From an uncultured virus (IMG/VR IMGVR_UViG_3300003322_000453) (taxonomy: Duplodnaviria; Heunggongvirae; Uroviricota; Caudoviricetes): a stretch of 20,000 nt of DNA. Position numbers and translations under genes: made by a program. Each line of letters begins with the position of its first letter. Position 1 is the first letter of the stretch. Below, piece after piece: positions 1-7,900 of the stretch. The stretch lies in IMG/VR virus record IMGVR_UViG_3300003322_000453. The stretch is one strand, 5' to 3'. The notes under the pieces were generated by a model that ran no database searches, was not told where the DNA came from, and saw nothing but the letters and a program-made list of their open reading frames with translations.

Positions 1-516
1 GCCTCTAACAACTATGTCCTAGCTGGTTATAACTCAACTCCTGTTACAGTAAACGCTAATACCACCAGCGAACAAAACCTAATGAGCGTTGTTCTGCCAG
101 ATAATATTCTAAATCAAGTCGGTAAGGTTTTTAGAATAACTTCTAAAGGAGTGTATGTTGTAAACGCCGCTGGTACTGATTTCACAGTTAGAACTTATAT
201 CAACTCCACTGCTATCTCCGATCATGTTCTAACCTTAAACCCTACAGGCACCTTAGTAGAACTTGGTTGGCGTAGTGTTGTTGAGTTTATAGTAACGACC
301 AATGGGGCGTTAGGGAATATAGAAACCTCATGGTGGGGTATAGCGCAGGTGTCAACATCTACAAATCCTGGTGAATCTACTGTTGACTCTAGAGTTAGTA
401 CACTTAATCTTGATACGACTGGAACTCCTACTATACAGATTAAGTGTCTATTCAGCGTTGCATCCATTAATAACGCTTGTTCGCAGAGAATTCTACTTGT
501 AGAGAAACTTAACTAA
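1..516 (+). CDS. Virion structural/fibre-like beta-rich protein, 5'-truncated by the window edge
   Basis: Frame is open from position 1 (ASNNYVLAGYNSTPVTVNANTTSEQNL-MSVV...), so the real start lies upstream of the window. Thr/Ser/Asn/Val-rich composition and structural-module context. Confidence 0.55.
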   Translation, partial: ASNNYVLAGYNSTPVTVNANTTSEQNLMSVVLPDNILNQVGKVFRITSKGVYVVNAAGTDFTVRTYINSTAISDHVLTLNPTGTLVELGWRSVVEFIVTTNGALGNIETSWWGIAQVSTSTNPGESTVDSRVSTLNLDTTGTPTIQIKCLFSVASINNACSQRILLVEKLN

Positions 517-520
517 ACCC

Positions 521-549
521 TTTACTTTCCATTATTAATATGATAGCTT
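521..549 (+). promoter_or_regulatory. Possible sigma70-like promoter
   Basis: TTTACT(521-526)-N17-TAGCTT(544-549), with TGn immediately before the -10 box, in a 70-bp intergenic gap. GGAGG RBS follows at about 571. Confidence 0.3.
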
Positions 550-586
550 TGATCCGACTTCATACCCAATAGGAGGGCTAACCCCA

Positions 587-907
587 ATGTCTGTGGCAGT
601 TATGAACACTTCCATTACCTTAACAACAACTGCACAATCTCTATATTCTCTATTAGCCGCTATAAACCCCAATGCCATGCGGAACTGTGCCGTTGTAGAA
701 ATACAAGGCGACGATGCTAACGTCGCCAATTATATAATTGGCGACTCCCGTTTGGCTACTAATAACTATTCCTACTCCGGTCAAAACGCTGGGGACTTTT
801 ATAAGGATGAAAGTAGCAATGATATAAACAACGTTAGCCTTACGGTGTTATATATAAGAGCGGTTAGTGGAACTCCTACAATCCACGTTAAGATAAGGAC
901 GGTTTAA
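587..907 (+). CDS. Small beta-rich hypothetical protein, probably virion-associated
   Basis: 106-aa ORF with upstream AGGAGG; closely coupled to the next gene. Confidence 0.55.
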   Translation: MSVAVMNTSITLTTTAQSLYSLLAAINPNAMRNCAVVEIQGDDANVANYIIGDSRLATNNYSYSGQNAGDFYKDESSNDINNVSLTVLYIRAVSGTPTIHVKIRTV

Positions 908-909
908 CT

Positions 910-1959
910 ATGATAAAGAAAACTCTATTCATTATTTTCTTTTTATTCGTTATATGTTCTACTATCAACGCTCAATCAAGCAGTGATAACACCCGGCGTA
1001 TATGGAGTGGCACGGCTGACCCAGCAATTTGTCAACCATCTGGAACTAACATTTTCTATCGTAGTGACACTGGAACTCTAAAGATTTGTACTTCTACTAA
1101 CACATGGACTCCCCTCGCTTCTGGCTCTAGTGCTATAACTGGTTCAGGAACTACTAACATTATTCCATTATTTACGGGTGCTAATAGCATAGGTAACAGT
1201 CCGTTCTCTTATTCTGGTTCTTCTTCAACTTTACAAACCACTGGTCTAGCAGATTTTAATATTCTGTCTGGAAGTGGAGAGTATCAAATAGGAGCTAGTG
1301 CAGATAATTTTATTAAAATATCTAAAGTTGGTTTAAATCAATGGCACGTAAATCCCAATGATTTAATGTTAGATACTACAACTGGTAGAGTACAAATAGG
1401 TGATGCACAAGGAGGGGGGAATAACACTCAACTTGATCTAAGTGATTTAGATGGGCATATAAAACTTAGATCAATAACAGGTACTATAAGTATAGGAGAT
1501 ACAGAAGGAGAAGCAAATAATGTTAGAGTAACTGTAAGTGATACATCTCAAACTATAAACATAACCTCTCTAGGTAATATAAGATTAGGAGACACAGATG
1601 GGTTAGGTTCTAATTCTCTAGTTAGTATAAACGATACCACTCAAGTAGCATCTATAGTATCAAACACTATAACACTAAATGGGAATCTAACCCTTAATAA
1701 AACTATAACTCCCAGTGGAACAGTTGGCGCTAGAACTATTAACAAAACAACTGGTACTGTGAACTTTGCTGCTGCTGCTACAAGTCTAGTAGTAACCAAC
1801 TCTTTAGTAAGTACATCGTCTATTATAATCTGTACAGTAGGAACTAACGACACCACCTTCAAATCAGCGCAATGTGTGGCAGGGAGTGGAAGTTTTACTA
1901 TCTTTGCCAACGCTGCTGCGACTGCGGAGACTAGGGTGAACTTTGTAGTGACGAATTAA
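910..1959 (+). CDS. Tail-fibre/decoration-like protein with N-terminal signal peptide and internal repeats
   Basis: Signal-peptide pattern MIKKTLFIIFFLFVICSTINA|QSS; Cys pair (CQPSG...LKIC); three 31-32 aa IGD repeats; Thr/Ser/Gly-rich; C-terminal beta domain ending ETRVNFVVTN. Confidence 0.6.
   Translation: MIKKTLFIIFFLFVICSTINAQSSSDNTRRIWSGTADPAICQPSGTNIFYRSDTGTLKICTSTNTWTPLASGSSAITGSGTTNIIPLFTGANSIGNSPFSYSGSSSTLQTTGLADFNILSGSGEYQIGASADNFIKISKVGLNQWHVNPNDLMLDTTTGRVQIGDAQGGGNNTQLDLSDLDGHIKLRSITGTISIGDTEGEANNVRVTVSDTSQTINITSLGNIRLGDTDGLGSNSLVSINDTTQVASIVSNTITLNGNLTLNKTITPSGTVGARTINKTTGTVNFAAAATSLVVTNSLVSTSSIIICTVGTNDTTFKSAQCVAGSGSFTIFANAAATAETRVNFVVTN
1384..1665 (+). repeat. Three tandem 31-32 aa protein repeats (GxIxIGDxxGxxNNxxVxxSD)
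   Basis: GRVQIGDAQGGGNNTQLDLSD, GTISIGDTEGEANNVRVTVSD and GNIRLGDTDGLGSNSLVSIND; the (I/L)GD codons start at 1396, 1492 and 1585. Confidence 0.8.
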
Positions 1960-1972
1960 CCAAGGAGAAATC

Positions 1973-2494
1973 ATGAACAATAAGATCAAAGCACTTTTAT
2001 TGTTAGGGATTTATATAGTTGGGGTTGCAGTTTGGGCTAATACCACATATCCCACATCTCTCTATCAAGCATCTGATACTTGTTCAACAGGTCAATACCT
2101 AGTAATGGATGCTAGTGGGAAGAGGTATAAATGCCAAACAGGAACCTTAATCTATAAAGCCACTGGGGTTAATTTAAACAGTGCAAACACCGACGTAGCT
2201 AGCATAGCCGGGTTACCTTCTTCTTATATAGTGAGAAGAGTAACAGTAACCAATGCATCTACTACCCCTACATTAGCAACTTATAGTCTAAGAACCGCGA
2301 CAGGCGGTGGGGGTGTTGCGATTGTTAGTGCCCAGCTTTTAACTGCTTTAAGTGCAACAACCAAGTTTGTAGACTCCACCTTGGCTATAACCGCTGATAT
2401 ACAAACAGCTTCTACTCTCACTGTTAGATGTATAGCCGCTAATGGATCAGCACTAACTGCGGATTTTGTTATAGAGATAACCCCGCTTTTATAA
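1973..2494 (+). CDS. Signal-peptide-bearing beta-rich protein (fibre/decoration-like)
   Basis: Signal-peptide pattern MNNKIKALLLLGIYIVGVAVWA|NTT; Cys pair CSTGQYLVMDASGKRYKC; AAGGAG RBS. Confidence 0.6.
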   Translation: MNNKIKALLLLGIYIVGVAVWANTTYPTSLYQASDTCSTGQYLVMDASGKRYKCQTGTLIYKATGVNLNSANTDVASIAGLPSSYIVRRVTVTNASTTPTLATYSLRTATGGGGVAIVSAQLLTALSATTKFVDSTLAITADIQTASTLTVRCIAANGSALTADFVIEITPLL

Positions 2495-2501
2495 GATTAA
2501 T

Positions 2502-2873
2502 ATGATACAAGAAGAACAAAAGGTGGTTCTTAGGTTTTTAGAACCTAATGAGTTTTATAAGCTAGAAGGAGTCTATAAAGAACACGACGACGCTCTACCT
2601 AGCCCAGAACTCTCATCAATCCTAGTAGCAGAACTGGAAGATGAAACCATCATTGGTTTCTGTGCAGTTCAACTTAACCCCTTCATAACCATGTGGATTC
2701 AAGATGAATATAGACATAATGGGATATGGAAGGAACTGGTAGAGGGTGTACAACAACTACCAATTGTGATGAAAGCTAAGACTTATATTGTAGCGAGTAG
2801 GATAGAAACAGTGGCTATGTGTCAGATGCTAGGGCTTAGGTTGATTGATAAACCAGTTTTTGTGAAAGATTAA
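2502..2873 (+). CDS. GNAT-fold acetyltransferase-like protein (T7 gp13-like position before the ejection genes)
   Basis: ILVAE...IIGF beta strands, a motif-A-like WIQDEYRHNGIWKELV segment and a C-terminal LGLR. Located directly before the pilot/ejection genes. Confidence 0.6.
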   Translation: MIQEEQKVVLRFLEPNEFYKLEGVYKEHDDALPSPELSSILVAELEDETIIGFCAVQLNPFITMWIQDEYRHNGIWKELVEGVQQLPIVMKAKTYIVASRIETVAMCQMLGLRLIDKPVFVKD

Positions 2874-2883
2874 GGAGAATGCT

Positions 2884-3534
2884 ATGGGCTTTGGCGGGCA
2901 AAACTCACAACAGAAAGCCAATGATGCACAGATCAAAGGCTTAACCTCTAATATCACAAACGCCGCTAACACCGCTGGTACTAGGGCGGATAAGAGTTTT
3001 AAATTCTTTAAACAATCCACCAAACCAGCCTTAGATTTCTGGAATACTATCCTTAGTGGAGACACCAATGCTATTACCAAACTCCTAAGTCCAGAGGTTT
3101 CTAACATCTCTAATACCTATAACAACGCTAAACAAAACCTATGGAATAGTCCGCGTGGTGGTGGAAAGGTTAGTGCAGTACAAGAATTAGAAGCTGGACA
3201 AGCGAGGGATATTAATAACCTGTTCAATGCTGTTAGACCACAAGCGGCTTCGCAATTAACAAATCTAGGAGGATTGTTTAACAGTGCAGCACAGGGTTAT
3301 ACTGGACAGCAACTAGGTGGGTTTGAAGGAGCTTCTAATAATCTGTTTGGATTGAATAAAGAACAAGAAGAGATGCAAAGGAGAAACGCAGCGGCATGGG
3401 GAGCTTTAGGGCAAGGCTTAGGTGGAATAGTAGGAAGTTTCTTCGCACCGGGTAGTTCTCTGTTCGGTGGTGGTTCTAGTGGTGGTGGTGGAGTATCTTC
3501 ACTTCTTAAACAAGGTAAGAATCCACTTTGGTAA
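2884..3534 (+). CDS. Putative DNA pilot/ejection protein (P22 gp7-like)
   Basis: Rich in Gly, Ala, Gln and Asn, with a C-terminal Gly-rich hydrophobic stretch (WGALGQGLGGIVGSFF). AAGGAG RBS; first of three genes of increasing size. Confidence 0.6.
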   Translation: MGFGGQNSQQKANDAQIKGLTSNITNAANTAGTRADKSFKFFKQSTKPALDFWNTILSGDTNAITKLLSPEVSNISNTYNNAKQNLWNSPRGGGKVSAVQELEAGQARDINNLFNAVRPQAASQLTNLGGLFNSAAQGYTGQQLGGFEGASNNLFGLNKEQEEMQRRNAAAWGALGQGLGGIVGSFFAPGSSLFGGGSSGGGGVSSLLKQGKNPLW

Positions 3535-3545
3535 GGAGATAAGAA

Positions 3546-4922
3546 ATGAGTTTGTTAGACTTCTTCGGTGGTTTATCTCAAGGTGTTGGCAGCGCATGGA
3601 TGCGTGGCGAAGATTTTGTCCGTAGACAACAAGAAGAACAACGCCAACAACAACTAGGGGTTTTAAAATCAGCGTTTGATAAGGCCGCAGAAGAAGGTAA
3701 TAACGCTGGTGCTTCTACAGCCCTTAGAATGGCAGCACCCTTAATGGGAGCTAAACCCGGCAAACCTCATCCTATTAACATGTTTGCCGATATGATAGAC
3801 CATTTCACCCCTGTTACTAAAGATGTTGTTAAACCAGAAGCTATAGAAGCGCAAGCCCAGATAGATAAAACCCCTGCTACTATAACAACTCAACCCAGCG
3901 TAGAAGGTGTTCCGCCAACACCGGGCTATGATAGGCAAAGTATGAACCAACCAGCCGGGGGGGTTATTAAGAAAATAGAACCTACTACTATTGATAACCC
4001 GGCCTTACTAAACTTAGAAAGACCTAGAACGGCTATAGATAAACAAACCACCCAGCAAGGTTATTTTAAAACCCCTATAGAACGTGGACAAGAACAAATA
4101 GAACTAAGAAAGAAGCAACAAGAGGAACTTCTACCATTAGAGCTTAAAGAATATGGAGCCAAGGAAGGATTAAGAGCAAAGGTTTGGCAGAGTCAAGAAG
4201 ATATACGACAAGCTGGTAGAGAACGATTAGCAAAACTACGTGATGAGGGATATGCTTCTAGGGATTTAAACAAAACCGCAGCGGCTTATAAAGGTTCTAT
4301 AAACTCAGCAACAGGTTTACAGTACACCGATGATGAAGCTATGGAAGCAGCTAGACAGTATCACAGAGACAAGAACCAAGCGGTTTTGAGTGAGTATAAA
4401 TCTAAGGGTGAGGCTAGATTAGCGCAACAGCAGTTTAGAGAAAGAGAACTTGATGCTAGAATCAATCGTTGGAACGCTTTAGATGAACAAGCATGGGCAA
4501 AGATAGGACAAGCTGAACGGAAGATGAACATGCAACAAGGCTCCGTCAAAGCTTCTGTTGAGAGATTAAGGAGTTATAGAGCAGAGTTAAAGGATATTGC
4601 GATTCAACAAGATTTAGCTTTCAGAACAATGACTGATCAAATGAAAGGGGAGGATAAAAGACAAGAAGCTAAACAACTATTCGATCAACTTAATGTAGAA
4701 TATGATAAGAGATTAGATGCTATAGAGAAAGAAAACACCAAGATAGAACAAGCAGGACAAGCTTTTCAATCTCAACAACCGGCGTTGACTAGGAAGGGAG
4801 AAGCAACTAAGAGCATCAATGTTCAACACAAGATAGGGGACATAGTACCAGTTAAGGGGCAGAATATCAAAATCACTAAAATCAATCCAGATGGAACCTA
4901 CAGTGGAGTACCAGTTCCTTAA
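3546..4922 (+). CDS. Putative internal virion/ejection protein (coiled coil)
   Basis: N-terminal amphipathic FFGGLSQGVG segment followed by long Q/E/K/R-rich helical stretches; AAGGAG RBS; middle position in the ejection trio. Confidence 0.55.
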   Translation: MSLLDFFGGLSQGVGSAWMRGEDFVRRQQEEQRQQQLGVLKSAFDKAAEEGNNAGASTALRMAAPLMGAKPGKPHPINMFADMIDHFTPVTKDVVKPEAIEAQAQIDKTPATITTQPSVEGVPPTPGYDRQSMNQPAGGVIKKIEPTTIDNPALLNLERPRTAIDKQTTQQGYFKTPIERGQEQIELRKKQQEELLPLELKEYGAKEGLRAKVWQSQEDIRQAGRERLAKLRDEGYASRDLNKTAAAYKGSINSATGLQYTDDEAMEAARQYHRDKNQAVLSEYKSKGEARLAQQQFRERELDARINRWNALDEQAWAKIGQAERKMNMQQGSVKASVERLRSYRAELKDIAIQQDLAFRTMTDQMKGEDKRQEAKQLFDQLNVEYDKRLDAIEKENTKIEQAGQAFQSQQPALTRKGEATKSINVQHKIGDIVPVKGQNIKITKINPDGTYSGVPVP

Positions 4923-4928
4923 TGAGAG

Positions 4929-7900
4929 ATGCAAGAACTAACCTTCAGCGATAAAGACATAACCTACAAAGACCTTGGAGATGATCCACTTTCTACAATC
5001 TCCAAAGAGGCACACCGCTTTAATCTTAGTCTAGGTTCTAACAAAAGAACTCCACAAGAACAACAAGCACTTATTAAACAAGGTAAAACTAAAGCAACAA
5101 ATAGTTATCATCTATATGGAGATGCGGTAGATATAACAGGTGATAGAGTTAATATGCAAAAGTTCTATCAGCATATGAAATCTACCTATGGTTCTAATCT
5201 AGCTGAACTTATCCATAACGACACCGATCATGCTGACCACGTTCATGTTGCTTGGAATTCTAGAACTTCTAAACCACAACAACAAGAGGGTGAGATAACA
5301 TTTAGTAATGATGATATATCAACTCCTAGTTCTGTTCCTAATGTTGATATAAACAAAGCTAATCAACATCTTATCTCTGGCATATTGGCTTTAAACCCTC
5401 TAACCGCAGGAATAAACCCTGATGTTATAAAAGGAATGAGTGATACGAACTCTAAACCTAGAGGTTCTACTTTAATCAAAAAGCAACCACCTAGAGAACC
5501 ATTCAAGCCTAGTGAATATGAAAACCAACTAGCACAGCAGTTTGAACAATATAAACAACAAGGGAATATAGAAGCCGCTAATAACATAGGTTTAGAACTT
5601 CAACAAAAAGGTTGGGAGTTTGGTTCTACTAGAGATGATAATAATAAAGAATGGCCCTATATAAAAGCACCTATCTATAAACCCTCTCGCGTCTTAGGAA
5701 AATATGAAAGTAGTCAACCCTATAAGGGAACTGACTATAATATTGCACAACAAGAAACAGAAAGAGAACAGCAGTTAAGACAAGAAGAGTTTAATAGGAA
5801 TGATAATAGAGGAGTTATAAGGAAATTCACTGAAGGCTTAGGTGCTGGAATAAGTGAGACTGTTGACACTATGGGTGCTGGGGCTTTGAGGTTAGGTAGT
5901 GATATAGCTTCTATTCCAGGTAAGATAGATAATGCTTTTTGGAATGCTACAACCTCTCAAGAATATAGAGACAAACTTGCTAGGAATGAAAAGCCTACCA
6001 TAAAACCATTGGATCAAAATATCCTAGAAAGAGGAACTACTTATTTACAAAAAAGAGCAGCTAATGCACAAGAGGAGCAACAGCTAAAAGGTAGCACTTT
6101 AGTATCAAAAGCCGGACATACTATAGGTGGTTTAGCGCCTTTATTTATCCCCGGTGGTGGACAAGTTGCATTTGGTGTTGAAAGTGGACTTGTTAGTTAT
6201 GGTGCTGGGGAACCTTTAGACAAAGCTATTCTAACCGGGTTAATGAGTGTAAAAGGCGCAGAAGCAGCGGGGCTTTTATCAAAGACCTTGGAGAGAGAAG
6301 TAGTTCCAGTTGTTGCTAGAGAATTAGCAAGTTTAGCTAAACAACCCTCCTTAGCTGGAAAAATGGGCGCTGCTACTAGAAATGTTATTGAAAGCGTTAA
6401 GAATGTTCCTACTAAGCTAGAACCCTATGCTGCTAGAACAATGGGACAGGTTATAGGACTCCCTTTGATGCAAGCTGGGACCGGACAAGGAGTGCCAATT
6501 ACTAAAGAAGACATAGCACATACTATCTTAATGGCTATGGGATTTGGAATTAGTGGACATAATAAACCATCCGATGTTAGTGAGAATGGTGAGAATGGGA
6601 GGGTTAGGTTAAATAAGAAAGGTTCTAGTGATGTAAAGATAGAACCTAAATCAACAGAAGACCAAACCAAAGCAATAGAGTTTATAACAAAGTTCGCTGA
6701 TCCTAGTGAGGGTAATGATCCTGAAGTTGTACAGGAAATGATTAGGACGTTGAAAACCAGCGGGGCATTACCGGAAGGGTTTAAGTTAGAACAACCGATT
6801 GTAGAACAACCAACTATTATAGAACCAACCGTTAAATCTAAGAAAGAAGAAATAACCTTTAAACCAGAAGATATTACTAAAGAACCTACAAGCCTAGAAC
6901 AAATTCCGGCTCCTATAGAACATCAACCGTCCAAAGAAGCTTGGGAGAACTTAGGGAAAGAACAATCAGTTGATATAGAATCATCCAATATAGAACATGA
7001 AAATCCTATAGCCCTCGCCCAGCCAGCCGAACCTTTAGGCACCACAGAAAAACCTCAAGTCTCAACCAAACAAGAATTCGCTAAGAGCTTAGTAGAGAAA
7101 TGGAAATATCAACCCCTATGGGCTACTGTTAGTAGCGAACTAGCAGAAGCTAGAGCAAACACTTGGGCCAACGACACTGGAAAACCCAAAGAAGAATGGT
7201 ATCATACTAGACTATCAACCGTTGGAGACTATCAAGATTTCGTTAAGTTAATGGGCGATCCTATGGAGATTGCTAAAGCACAGGGTTATAGTGGAGATAT
7301 TATACCCAGAGCGGTTAGCACAGTACAAGACGGGAAAGGGTTGATATTTGCACTTCAACAACCCAATAAAACCAGCGCAGTTCATGAACTTGCACATATA
7401 TTTAGAAGGATGGATTTAGAGGGGGAACATTTAAAAACCGCAGAAGATTGGCTAGGTGTTAAGGATGGTAACTGGACTGTTGAACATGAGGAAGGATTCG
7501 CTAGGGGGTTTGAAGCATATTTGGCAAGTGGAGAAGCACCTACACCACAGTTAAAAAAAGTATTTGATTATTTTAAGAACTGGATTGTTAATATTTATAA
7601 AGCAGTTACTAAGGTTCCCAAAGGCGGGAACCCGTTGGAGATTAAGATAAGCCCAGAAGTTAAAGGGATGTTTGATTCTCTGTTGGGGAAAGAATCCACC
7701 AAAGAAAATGCTAAGGAGACTACTAAAGAATTTCCTTCAACCAGTGATGGTATTCTAACAATCGAACCCTCCCCTAGTGGAGATGGATATAGGGTTAAGA
7801 ATAATGAGAATGGACTGTTTACTGTTAAGTATAAGTCTCTAGAACAAGCACAGGAGAGATTAAAGGTTGAGCAGGGAGGAGGTGAAGGAGCCACGTTGGA

